A stretch of DNA of 64,000 nucleotides from Octopus sinensis (lineage: Eukaryota): the NCBI RefSeq assembly GCF_006345805.1, contig NC_042999.1:10354001-10418000 (forward strand), read 5' to 3'. Shown here one piece after another: positions 23,829 to 38,000 of this stretch. Position 1 is the first letter of the stretch. Each line of letters begins with the position of its first letter. Below the pieces are notes generated by a model. It ran no database searches. It had not been told where the DNA came from and saw nothing but the letters and a program-made list of their open reading frames with translations. The position numbers and the translations under genes are program-made.

Positions 23829-26680
23829 CTATAAAGAATAAATAAAAGTTTGAAATGACATAAGCAAAAATTAAAAAAAAAGAAAAAACACAGAAGCTGC
23901 TACCATCTATTTCCACCTTTAGTTTGCTGTGATTACCTGTAACTGCAGTCAGTGCTTTGACAGTTCTGCTGGAGTATAATTTAAATTTTCATACATTACA
24001 CACCACACACAGACATAAAACACCCCCACGACCTTAACCAATCATCGTCGTCATTTAACGTCCACTTTCCATGCTGGCATGAGTTGGACGGTTTGACTGA
24101 GGACTTGTGAGCCAGATGGCTGCACCAGGCTCCAATCCTAACGTCAACCTAACATCAACCACTCCGAGAGTGTAGTGAGTGCTGTCATTGGAGTGGTTGG
24201 CATTAGGAAGGGCATCCAGCTGTAGAAACCTTGCCAGATCAGATTGGAGCCTGGTGCAGCCTTCTGGCTCACCAGACCTCAATCAAACCATCCAATCCAT
24301 GCCAGCATGGAAAGAGGACATCAAACAATGAAGATGATGACACCTACACACGTACACTCACGCACACACACATACACACAAGTAACGTAACTAAAATCTT
24401 AACCCTGTAGCCCCAAGTTCTCAGCATAGCAAGAATAGACTAAACGTTGTAATCTCAGCCAGATTCCTGTTTAAGAAGCAATGAACCACACATGTAGGAA
24501 AAGAAGATGAAATTCTCAAACCAAACAACCAATCACATTGTAGCTTTGGAGATAAGTGTGTATATGACTCATTGTTAATGGTGCCCCCACTAGCTAAGGT
24601 TTACTTTTGTTTTTAATTGAGAAAAACAGATTTTCAGAATGAAACAAGCCTGGAACAAACCCAGCATTTTGTCTAATAAAAGAGCAATGCTTAGACTCTT
24701 TTATAGTTACGATATTTATTCTTCAGAAAATTACTATTTTTTTAAAATCTCACGAGAGATATTCAGCACCATTACTTTGGAGTAAAGATTATTTGCCAAC
24801 ATAACATGGCAGTCCTGGTTTAGGACGAATGTTGCTGTAATTTAGCCTCAAGAGACATCGTCTCCAGCTGGCTATATGACATGATCTGTGTCTCCTGGGG
24901 CTAAATTACAGCAACATTCGTCCTAAACCAGGACTGCCATGTTATGTTAGCAAAAATTTATTCCTCTGACAAAGACTTCCCTCTTACACAGACAATGAGA
25001 ATGATTCACACAATCAACCTGGTGAAAATGATGAGAAAAGTAGCGATTTGGGTGAAAAAATATGGTAGTTGAGAGAAAGGCCTATTATTGTTATTCTCCT
25101 GAGTTTTTTAGTGATTCTTGTGCTGTGTGTGCAACTATTTAATATTTTCTGCTCAGGAACCTGGGTGAAGGGTTAAATAAGCCAGAGAGGCTGAGGTTTG
25201 ACCCCCCCACTCCCAAATCCCCCTGGGTCAGAGAGTAGCCTTGTGATTTCCTTCCCTACCTTCCACGCTTTCTCACTGGATGCCGACTGATCGCTGTCGC
25301 TCTCATCCTGCTTCTTCTGTTTTTTGTGTTTCTTCTTGTGCTTTTTCTTCTTCTTCTTCTTCTTCTTGTCCTTTTTCACCTGTGCTGCTTCAAGTTCTGC
25401 ATCAAGGTCATCATCCTCCAGGACAAGTTCATATTTTTTTCTGATATTAAGGAAAAAGAGAATCGATAACGAGTAACAAAGACCCAACCCCTTGGGGTGA
25501 AAAACCAAGTGGTGTATGAAGAGAATGAGGATTTCTTTGGAATACAGTTATTCATGAAGAGAATGGTAACAGAATGGTATTACTTTGTCTTTGGTGACCC
25601 ATGTTCTCACGTAACATGGAGCAGAAGCCAACGGTTGAGCTTCTACATCAGCCGTCCCCATTCAGATCCAAAAACAGGAAAACCCAAGTCAACTAAAGAA
25701 GAATTTCTTATATTTCAAGAGGAAAAACTATCAGGGGCCGCTGGAAGGATGTTTAAGGGCCACATGAGGCCCTGGGATCCACAAGTGAGAACTGCTGTTC
25801 TATGTATTCGTTCAAGATTGCAAGAAATAGCAGCTGAGTCTCACTCAGATTATACTCTACCTTCTTTAGAATGGGAAGGTACACTGGATTTATATCTGGA
25901 AATAAGACATGATGGTCATGGTTGGAATATCTTTGATCATAAGTTCTATTCATTGAGAAATGACCTTGGGCTAACTATAATCTGCAGAAGCAGTTACCAG
26001 CAGCCAAACATGGTGTAGTGGTCAAAATTATGATGAAGCCAGCATTGCAGCTAAAACCATGAATGGAAGAGCCCAGGGGAGAGGAACTGGTTTGGTCAAT
26101 TATACCATTCACTTGGGTGCAAGTATAGTTGCTTCCCAGCAATGGGGATCCAGGTTCAGTCCCACTGCATGGAACCTTGGGCAAGTGTCTTCTACTATAG
26201 CCTCGGGCCAAGCAAAGCCTTGCAGGTGGATTGGGAACTGAAAAATAGAGAGAGGGGGGCAGTGTGTGTGTGTGTGTGTGTGTTCTTGAAGACACTTTGG
26301 CACAAATACCAAACTGCCATAAACTTCAGAAAGAGGACCCAAAGTTGTCCCCAGGGCTTTCCAAACGCTGCTGGTTTAGACAAGAACAAAGAGTAAATCA
26401 AACGCAGTGTTTGAGAAGCAAACTAAAAAAAAGAATAAATGGTCAAGATTAGGGTCAGAATTGTTTTCAAAGGATACTCTTCTTTTCTGGAATTGTTTTT
26501 CAAGACATATTGGGGTTGTGGTGGGTCTGGTTTGCTGGGCAACATTTCCACACCTTTCCCTGGAAAGCAATAAAATGGAAAAGAAAATTTTAAAGGGAAA
26601 AACCAAAAATCTGTTTTCACAGTCAAAGATAAAATTAATAATCCAACAAATTGTAATCTTATTAAGAATACATCTCACAC

Positions 26681-26723
<43 letters not shown>

Positions 26724-29704
26724 TCTGATCTTAACTGATTGGAAGTGTTATCATGTACATTGTCTTGTTTTGGTATAAAAGATGGGCTACAGCAAATATT
26801 CTGCTCAATACCACAGATTTGCTTGTCAGTTGTTTGACCTTAACCAGTTGAGCATGTCCCTTAGTGGCTGACGATATGTGCATCTCTGATCACGAGCAGA
26901 AGTAGTGGGGGAGCATCATAGCCGTGTGTTGAGAGGGATTCTTTGGGGTTTGAATAATTCACCTCTGGAAACATGGGTGGTTCTTTCAACATCCTTATTC
27001 AGGGACCTTTTGAGCGGGATGGGCTACTCAACCTGAAGAAAATTCTAACTGGGCCCCACCTGCAAGGTCATGTGCTGTTTATCTTGATATGAGATCACCA
27101 TGTCACGCACATATGGTTGTGATGCATGTGCCTGGTGTACCCTTATCAGACGGGTAGTCATGATGGGTATACTGGGCTTCGTATATTTTACCCCAGTGTC
27201 ACTTTGATGGCATGCTCTGCTCTCTCACTCAATAATAATCATCATCAGCAGCAGCAGCATTTAACATTTGTCTTCCTTTTTGGCATAAGCTGAACAATTC
27301 AAGAGGATCTGATGAAGCAGAGGATTGTGTTCAGTTCCAATCCTCTGCTTTGGCATGGTGTCCCAATCACATGGTTTCAGGTTCAGTCCCACCGTGTGGC
27401 ACCCAGAGAAAGTGTCTTCTGCTGTAGCCCTAGGCCAACCAAAGCCTTATAAGTTGATCTAATGGACAGAAACAAAAACACAACCCATCATATGTTTTGT
27501 ATATATGTGTGTGTGTATGTGTGTGTGTGTGTGTGTATAGATACATATACACACACACACACATACGCATGTGAAAAGCCCCCACTACACTCTTAGAGTG
27601 GTTGGCGTTAGGAAGGGCATCCAGCTGTAGAAACATTGCCAGATCAGATTGGGGCTCGGTACAGCCACTGGCTTTCCTGACCTCAGTCAAATTGTCCAAC
27701 CCATGCCAGCATGGACAACGGACATTAAACGATGATGATGATGATGATGATGATACACGTGTATGTGTGTGTTTGGGTGTGAGTATGTGTTTCTGTCCCT
27801 AATTCTGTATTTCCCTCTTATCCGCACATGCCCTCTGCTCGCCTGTTTTCAAAACGACGGCTTCATTAATGCCGTCATTTGCTTGTAGTCAACCTACAAA
27901 AGCATCTTTAGGCTTTTTGACAATCTTTGAGAACGAAAGACTCACTTCAACATTGCTTGCTTCCAGTTCTCCACAACACAAATATGTCCAAGTTGTTTGT
28001 TGTTTGAGAGACTGAGAGATTATTACTTCACTTGGAAACAAAGAAAGGTTGGCAACAGGAAGGGCATCCAGCCACAGAAAAACTCCACCCAAACACGCAG
28101 TCATCTGCCTCATACAAGTGTTGAAAGTTAGAGATTAAAATAATAATAATAATAATAATAATGGTGATGGTGGTGGTGGTGATGATGACAATGATAGCAA
28201 GCCAAAAATGTTTTCTTCAGAATTTTTACAATTTTTTTTTGTTATTTAAACCTAAACAAAGCTAAATTACCTTTGCCCTTCCACTTGAGTTTGGCAACAG
28301 ACTGACTGAAGTCAACATGTATTCGACGGTCGTCAATCAAGACGTTGTCCATTTTGAAATAAGCATTTTCACATTCCTCCGGCTGCCATAACAGAAAAAA
28401 AAAAAAATACAAGAAATAAATAGAATTATTATCATTACACATTAGTCAGAGGCAAGAATATAAAGTTTTTGAAGAAACATTCTAAATACACTTCTAAGCT
28501 GGGAATAAAACTGAAGAGAACTTGGAACCAAGGTGTGATGGGACAAACCAACTTAAACAGGAGAAGGATACAGCCATAACAACCCTTTTGGTATCCTGGC
28601 CCGTGATGCCAACGCTGCCTGACTAGCGTCCGTGTTGGTGATACGTAAAAGCACCAACCAATCGTGGCCATTTGCCAGCCTCCCCTGGCACATAAAAAGC
28701 ACCCACTACACTCATGAAGTGGTTGGCGTTACGAAGGGTATCAAGCTGTAGAAACACTGCCAGATCAAGATTGAGGCCTGGTGCAGCCATCTGATTCGCC
28801 AGCCCTCAGTCAAATCGTCCAACCCATGCCAGCATGGAAAACGGACGTTAAACGATGATGATGATGATTATTCTGTCAAATGTAATCCTTATTTATTCCT
28901 TTTACTTGTTTTAGTCATTTGACTGCAGCCATGCTGGAGCATCACCTTTAGTTGAACAATTCAACCCCAGGACTTATTCTTTGTAAGCTTAGTATTTGTT
29001 CTATCGGTCTCTTTTGCTGAACCACTTAGTCAACCAATGTTGGGGGAACAAACACAGGCACACACACACACACACACACGCAAACATATATGACAGGCTT
29101 TTTTCAGTTTCCGTCTACCAAATTCACACACAAGGCTGTGGTCGGCCCAAGGCTATAGTAAAAGACACTTGCCCAAAGTGGCACGCAGTGGGACTGAACC
29201 CAGAACCATGAGTTTGGGAAGCAAGCTTCTTACCACGCAGCCACTCCTGCACCTGTTTATTTACATTGCTTTGAATTAATCATGAATTATCTTGCAGCTT
29301 TGCGGTTTCATTGACATGATTGTTTATTTTTGGAATGACCTTGCAAGGTCATTCTATAAATACTGAATATGGCCATTTTGAGCATAAAACAGGTAGACTA
29401 TTTGGGCCAGCAGTGGCCAGTTGGAGTGCTGAAGGGTTAAGCTGAGTCTAGTAAATTATGAGAATGTAGATGGTGGTGAAAGGGATACCAGGCAGCAACT
29501 CAGGCATCAGTGGTTCAGATCCTGCTGTCACCAGTGCAGTCATCATCATCATCGTTTAACGTCCGCATTCCATGCTAGCATGGGTTGGGCAGTTTGACTG
29601 AGGGCTGGCGAACCAGATGGCTGCACCAGGCTCCAATGTTGATCTGGCAGAGTTTCTACAGCTGGATGCCCTTCCTAATGCCAACCACTCCAAATAATAA
29701 TAAC

Positions 29705-29740
<36 letters not shown>

Positions 29741-31997
29741 TGCCTCAAATGTTGGCGCAAGGCCAGCAAATTCAGGGGGAAAGCATAAGTTGATTATATG
29801 AACTCTATTACCTGAGTGGGACTTTATTTTATTGATTCTAAAAAGAATAAAAGGCAAAGCTGACCATGGCAGGGTTTGATCTGAGAACCTAAAGAGGTGG
29901 GGGACATGCGGCTAAGCAGTTTTGCCTGACACATTAGCAATTCAGTCGGCTTGCTGCCTTAATAACAATAATAATAATGATTTCAAATTTTGGCACAAAG
30001 CCAGCAGTTTTAGGGGGATGGGGGTGGGGGGGCAGTTAATTACATTGACCCCAGGATCTGATTGGGGTAGAACAGCTTGTGAGGGTTGAACAACCCATAT
30101 ATAAAGATGTCATCAACAGGACAAGGGGTAACAATGAATTCAGCAAAGAATTTAATAAGCGGCGCTGGCATCCACCATCCAAATGTGGCAGATGCCAGCG
30201 CCGCCTGACTGGCACCCGTGTCAGGGACACGTAAAAGCACCAGCCAATCGTGGCCGTTTGCCAGCCTCACCTGGCCCCTGTGCCGGTGGTACATAAAAAA
30301 CACCCACTACACTCATGGAGTGGTTGGCGTTAGGAAGGGCATCCAGCTGTAGAAACTCTGCCAAAGCAAGCTGGAGCCTGGTGCAGCATCCATGGCTTAC
30401 CTGACCCTGGTCGAACCGTCCAACCCATGCTAGCATGGAAAACGGACGTTAAATGATGATGATGATGATGAGATGTCCATCACATATCAACCCTCATGCC
30501 TTCTGTTACTTATAGTTCTCCAGACCCTAACACAGACCAGCTGCCTGTAGGAATTTGTGACTGCCAATGAACTACTTCTCATTGCTGAATTTGTTGAAGA
30601 ATTAGAGAAAAATTCCAAACTTGGAAGCACAAAGCAGAACCAAGGAACCGTAAAACTAAACCCGATTAAGACACAAATTTTAGTAAACAGGAAAGAAGAC
30701 AAAACACTACAGCCATCTGGAAAGTGGACATGTTCAATTGAGAAACAGGGAGACAGTAGAAAGTCCATGTGATGCATTCAGGGTAAACTATGAGTGCACA
30801 AGAGAGGTAACGGGGTCAGAGGCAGGTTTGCAGAGAAGGGCCTTATATGAAACAGATGTCCAAATGGGTTCAGAGTAGAATTTGGCATGAGATGAAGCGG
30901 CTGTAATGTACAAGAGAGGAAACTGTGCTGCTGAAGGTACGTGATGTGTGTATGAAAGATGGGTAAAGATGTGCCAAGAGATTTAAACGGAAAGGCCCCA
31001 TGGAAGTGGTGAAGGTTGATCCCAAGCTGTTGGACACCATCAAGGAAATAAAAGGGTCTGCAACAGATGAGAGAATGCCATAAATGAGAGAAGACCCTTT
31101 CAGCCCCTAACAAGCATTGGGAAACAGGTTGATAATGATTATACACGTGTGTGTGGGGGGGGGGTAAGTGGCTATAATGATTTTACCATCCTCGTCATTA
31201 TTTAACTTGCATATTCCATGCTGGCACGAGTCAGAGAGTTTGAGAGGAGCCAACATGTCACGGGGCTGCACTGCACCTCCAGCATCTGCTTTGGCAAGGT
31301 GTCTATGGCTGGATGTCTTTCCTAATACCAACTACTTTACAGAAAGTAGTGGGTGCTATTTTCATGATGCCAGCTCTTGTGAGCTTGCCAATTATCTTCA
31401 AGACAAGACCCCACAAAGACCTCTTAAGTGAGAGGGACAGAGTAGTATTAAGTGGAGTGGTTTTGTGCCAGGTGTTGAGAGGTTGAAGTATGATGGCGAG
31501 AGAGGCACGGGTTTCTTATTGTAGAGGAGATACATGGCTACCTCAGTAAGAAAAGAAAACAAGGATGAAAGAGACGAGGTGTCAAGACAAACTGTCAAAG
31601 TAGAAAAAGATGGACAAACTGTCAAAGCAGAAGAGAATACGTGCAGAAAACGGGGGTGAAGTTTATTATTTATCACAGGTCAATTTTGATTTCATGTTTT
31701 CGACTATCAACAGGGGACAGAAAGAATATTGTTAAGAGTGGACAAAATTTGTTTGTAAATGAATAAATGGTAAATGTTTGACAATTGATGTTAGTAATGA
31801 CGGGATTGGTAAAAAAGGGCAAAAAAAAGAACTCATCAAAGAACAAAAGAATGGTATTCACCTTTTCAAATTCAATAAATGCATACTGCAGGGATTCTTT
31901 AGTTTTCGAGTCTTTGATCACTTCGCAGCTAAATAAAAAATATAAATAAATATATGAACAGACAAACAGATTAAATCAATTCCTACACATCAATACC

Positions 31998-32054
<57 letters not shown>

Positions 32055-34790
32055 GTCGTTGTTGTTGTGAGGACGCATGGCCAAGTGGTTAGTGTGTTGC
32101 AGTCATGATCATGAGATCGTGGTTTCAATTCCTAGGCTGGGTGGTGTGGTGTGTTTATGGGCAAAACACTTCATCTCGCATTGATCTGCAATCACCCGAC
32201 ACCTGTTACAACGTGCACCTGTTCAGGTAACGTCATCGATTTGATGAAGGGAGTGAGCTAACGTACAACACATACGCTTGATCCCTATAAACTAATCCTT
32301 TGTGCAGGTCGTTCAGTTTTTGCTGAACACTCATACACCGTCTTCGACAGGAGACCCCATCATTATTATTATCAATATTATTATCATTATTGGGGCAATG
32401 AATTAGTAGAAGTGTTAGTGCCTACAAGCATGGCTCTGGGTTCAGTCCCACAGCGTGACATTTTGAGCAAGTATCTTCTGTAATTGCCCCATGTCAACCA
32501 AAGCCGTGTGAGTGAATTTGATAGACAGAAACTGAAAGTGTGTAAATGAGTGTCCCTGTTATACAAGCGGTGTCATTCATTTCCAATATACTGCAAGAAA
32601 ATGTTTGGCCATAGGGGAAACATGACCTTACTTGGAAACAGGTGAGGGTTGGCAACATGTAGGGCATCCAGCTGTAGAAAACCTCTCTCAATAAACTCCT
32701 TCCAATCTATGCAATTAATAATGAAGACGTCTGTAGAAGAAACTGCTTCCAGTTTCTGTCAACCAGTTCCACTCATTAGGTTATGGTTGGGGCTGTAGCA
32801 GAACGTCTTGGCCAAGGTGCCACACACTAGAATTGAACTCAAAACTATTGTAGCTAGAAAGATCCTTTATTTAACCCCACAGCCATGCCTTACTTCAGAC
32901 AAATGACCCTTGCCTGTCTCGTGACACAAGAATAAAAATGGGAACTTGAAAGTCAGGACTTACCTGCGAATATTACCAAAGCGAGAGAAGATAATTTCCA
33001 GGTCCTCCTCCGTAGTAACTGGGTTCAACTTGCAGACAAACAAAACGTTTTCTGGAGGTGCAACATCGACGTCGGGAAGATCTCCGACCTAGGGACGAGA
33101 CAGGGGAAATAACTCGTGATGAAGGTGAGAAGTATGACGATGGTCGGATTTGTGGGGAGTCTTCAGTTGCAATAAACAGGTGAACGTAACAAGCAAGACA
33201 AACCCATCGAACCCATTTAGGATAGAAAAGAAATCATTAACCTTTAACCAAAGTACTAACGACTTCCTTATTTAAAATACATCATTGCAACTAAATAATA
33301 TCAATATTTTGCTTGGAACAAAATTCTGAAAAGAAATTCTAAAAGTGTTGGTGCCTTACCATTTCTAGAATCTGGGCATTGGATTTGGCTTCTTTTTGTT
33401 CCATAAGCTCTCTCATTTCTTCTTCAGTCATACCTTTAGTGTCATCAAGTTCTTCAGTGTCACCAATACGGTCACTCTACAAATTTGAGTTTTATGGCAT
33501 TAAAAATGATTTCCAAACACAATGTAACTTTCGCAATTTATATTATCATGGCTTAATTAAACATCACTATAGATAACAATTAATTTTACCAAATATATAA
33601 TAAACAAAATTGTATTTGTTACTCAACAAAATGTACTTTTATTTTTAATTAAATATGCTCAATTTATATATCGTACATATTTTTTTAACCAAATGACAAA
33701 TGGATATGTTTTTATAATTAAAAGGTTTGTTTGAGCATGACTCTCTCTCTCTCTCTCTCATCATTCTAAATTATAAGTTCTAAATATTGATTCAAGGCCA
33801 GAATGCCCAGTGGTACCTGTTTCAGCTCTCTACATCATGAGATCAAATACCACCAAGTTCACCTTCGTCTTTCATCTTTTCAGGATTAATACGGTGATTT
33901 GCAAAATTGTCGGGGCATAAGATGGGATGCCTGCAGTGTGTTTCTGCCTGGAGTTCAAATTTTACTTCACAGTGGCAAGACTCAGGGATCCAGCTATGGT
34001 TAGAGGCCTCCAATGTTGCACAATGTCACATGTTGATTGGCAGAGATGGAGAGGCATTTTACTGAGATTTTCCAAACTCCAGAGGCATCCCAGTTTCATT
34101 GGACCAATATTTATTTCTGCTTTCTACAGCATTACAAAGTTGAGAAACAAATTGGCAGATGTCTGAAGTATCATCCTAACAAACACATATTTCTTAGGCA
34201 ACAACTGAACTGGACACTTCAAGTCAATGCTTCACCATTTAATTTCAAAGTATGGCCATTGCTTCTGCTGAGGTTATATCACTCTGCTCTGCCATATTTC
34301 CATGCAGCTTAGGCAGCCAGATAGGCAGGGGTGTGGAAGATTACAGGTTTTGGCCCCTCAAATACGAAGCAATGTCAGTGATAAGATACAAATTTTTATC
34401 CTCTTGGCTGTCATCTGGTGCCGTACCAACTTGGTGATAGATTTTCTCAAAACAATGGTTTTATGCAGGATTTAGCACTAATTGCCACTAATTAAGACTC
34501 ACTCGTTGCAAATATTGTTAAGATATTATAAAACAATTTTAAAAAAAACAAAAGAAAACAGAAAAAAAAAGAAGAGATATCAGAAAATTATCTTTTACTT
34601 CAAGTTGCTCTTTTGTAGGCACAGGTGACATCGCAGGAATGTCCAAGTGTGGTGGGTCATCATAGGGATCATATATAATAACTGTATGGTAAATCCTGTT
34701 TCAAGAAGTAAAAATAGGGATATATATAGAGAGAGATAGACAGATAGATAGATAGATAGATAGACAAATAGATAGATAGACAGATAGACG

Positions 34791-34844
<54 letters not shown>

Positions 34845-35011
34845 GATAGATAGATAGACAGATAGATAGGTAGACAGATAGGTAGATAGACAGATAGACG
34901 GACAGACAGATAGATAGATAGATAGACAGATAGACAGATAGACAAATAGATAGATAGACAGACAGACAGACAGATAGACAAATAGATAGATAGATAGACA
35001 GACAGACAGGC

Positions 35012-35054
<43 letters not shown>

Positions 35055-38000
35055 CAGATAGACAGATAGATAGATAGACAGATAGATAGACAGATAGATA
35101 GATAGATAGATAGATTGATAGGCAGCGTGTGAGTTGGTGGGGGGAGGCGTATTGAGATTTATTTTCCTTTACTATTTACATACGTGTGGAAGAGGGTGGG
35201 GCTATTTGTAAGAGAAACAGTTTTTATTGCTGGAAGTCTTTGCTTCTGTCCTCAAACTCAATGGAACAAATGAGACTTGCTTTCATTCCGTCAAACAAAT
35301 TGGAGCAGAGACATGTGACTTGATCAGGGATAAAATTGAATTGTAGTAAGATCTGCATTTGTGAAGGACTGTGGAGTAAAGCGTTTGGACTGGTGGGTCG
35401 CAACTTTTTCACTACCAAGAACCCTTTATTTAAATGAGTTCTCCCAAGGACCCCTTTTAATATGCTTATCCTATTTCATATCATCATCATCGTCATCATC
35501 GTTTAGCGTCCGCTTTCCATGATGGCATGGGTTGGACGGTGCAACTGGGGTCTGGGAAGCCAGAAGGCTGCACCAGACCCAGTCTGATCTGGCAATGTTT
35601 CTACGGCTGGATGCCCTTCAAATTTAGTTCACAGATCCTCAAATCTACTTTTGCAGACCACCAGGGGTCTATGGACCATAGGTTAGGAACCACTGTTTAG
35701 ACAATGATTGATAATGATTACTTATTTGGCATTCAACTGATGTTTTATCATTAGTCTGAAGACGAGGTACAATCTGAGCTCAAAACGAGATCTGTGGCTC
35801 ATACAAAAATGAATACTTAACAACAAATCCAGTGTTTGCAGCCAACAAGCCTCTCCACCATTGCTCTTCTTTAAAAAACAAAAATGACCTGAGGTGGAAC
35901 ATCACTTTTTTTTAATGTTAATCAAAATAAAAGGAAAGCTGCAGAGATTTCTGGAAATCAGCAATGAGACATGGCTCAGAGGCCATAAATTCAAACTGTT
36001 ATAAGCATTTGGAAGCCAGGCGTCAATGTAGATTACAAAAGAACAGACCAAAGCAAAATCCATCCTAAGTTCAAATCACTCCAAAATCAAATTGATCTTA
36101 AAACTGATCAATTTATAAAATTGATTATAAAAACGCTAAAAGATAGACTGAGGTTTCAATTAGCTGCTTCCATATTTTATGTCAATTTTGGAAAAGATAA
36201 TCAGTTTATTGAGATTATTGGTACCAAGAAAACTATTTCACTGCCATCTGAATAACAACATCAGGAATAAATATTTATACAATAGGAAACTGGCCTCACC
36301 TGATATCGCGAAAAGGTCGGTGATCTTTATCACAATAAGCTTCATTTATCTTGTCAACAATGTCAAAACCTTCGGCAACTTCTCCAAAGACTGTGTGAGT
36401 GCCATCTAAGTAATCCAGATTTTCTTCCAGGGTGATAAAGAACTAAGGAAAATATAGAATTAGAATAATGAGATTTAAAGCAACACATTTACCTCTTGTA
36501 ATTACAATTATAGTAAAGACAAATTGTGAATCATCATCATCATCGTTTAACGTCCGTTTTCCGCGCTAGCACGGGTTGGATGGTTCGACTGGGGTCTGGG
36601 AAGCCAGGGGCTGCACCAGGCTCCAGTCTGATCTGGCAGAGTTTCTACAGCTGGACGCCCTTCCTAACGCCAACCACTCCGCAAGTGTAGTGGGTGCTTT
36701 TTACGTGCCACCTGCACAGGTGCCAGGGGGTCCGGCATCGGCCACGATCGGTTGGAGCTTTTAACGTGCCACCGGCATGGAAGCCAGCCAAGGCGGTGCT
36801 GGCAACGACCACATTCGGATGGTGCTTTTTATGTGCCACCGGCACAGAAGCTAGTCGGGGCGGCGCTGGCATCGGCCACGTTCGGATGGTGCTGTTTATG
36901 TGCCACCGGCACAAAAGCCAATCGTTACTTCAAATCCAGTACACACTGCATCCCTGGATACATTTCTGTAGAGGAAACGATCTAAGTCTATCGATCTATA
37001 CAAAAAAAGACATGTGAAACTATGAGATCAGATCCCAGTTTGTTTGATACAGAAAAATAATATATGAGGTGGCATCAAAAAGTTCCAGGACGACTCATGT
37101 TTCATTAAAAAAAAATTTATTTATTTACCAAAATTTTAACCTCATCTCCTTCGAAATAATCACCTTGCACAGCAATACACCAGTCCCAGCATTCCTGCCA
37201 CTTTTGGAATCCGGCCTGGAAGTCGTTTTCTATAAGTGAGTCAAAGACCTTCTGCAATTCGCTCTGGATCTCAACAACAGTGTTAAAACAGCAACCATTG
37301 AGCTGCATTCTTATTGTGGAGAAGAAATGGAAATCTGGCAAAGAGGGCAGGTGCAGAAGTAACACCATGTTGTTTTGGTGAGAAACTCACGAGTGAGGAG
37401 AGGTCAATAACAGGGTTCATTGTTGTTGTGAAGAATCCAGTTCTTTGCGTTCCACAGATCTGGTCCCTTTCACCGAATGACCTCCCCTCAAACGCTTCAA
37501 AACATCATTGATTGTCCTCCGACAATCCTCATACATAATCTGATCAATCTCCTCCACATTTTCTGGGGGGGACACTCATGGCAGGTCACAGCATCATCTT
37601 CCAAGGACCTTCTTCTGCTTCTGAAGTGCCCATGCCACTCAAAACATTGTGTATGATCAAACCATGCTCAATGTCTTTGAAGCAGACTTCCCAAGTTTTA
37701 TGCAAAATTTCACATTGGCACTTTGTTCCAACTTCCTGTCCATCACAAAAATCACAGACTACAGCATACAAGTGATCACAAAAACACAAATTTCACAACT
37801 TGTGAAGTAAACACAGCAATGTCACTCAGTACACTGCCTCATGAAGGTCACTGCGCATGCAACCATACTGCCATCTGTTGGCATGCTTCAGAACTAGTCT
37901 AGGAACTTTTTGATGCCACCTTTAGTGATAGTGATATCATAGTGTAGAATTGATAGCTGTAGCAATATATATATATGTGGCATGTAAAAAGCACCAACCA

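Noticed and set aside
26290-26401. Alternative candidate for PPIL4 exon 11 ([11 protein letters not shown]...)
   Set aside because: No similarity to PPIL4 and no suitable phase-2 donor; 26478-26559 fits phase and sequence.
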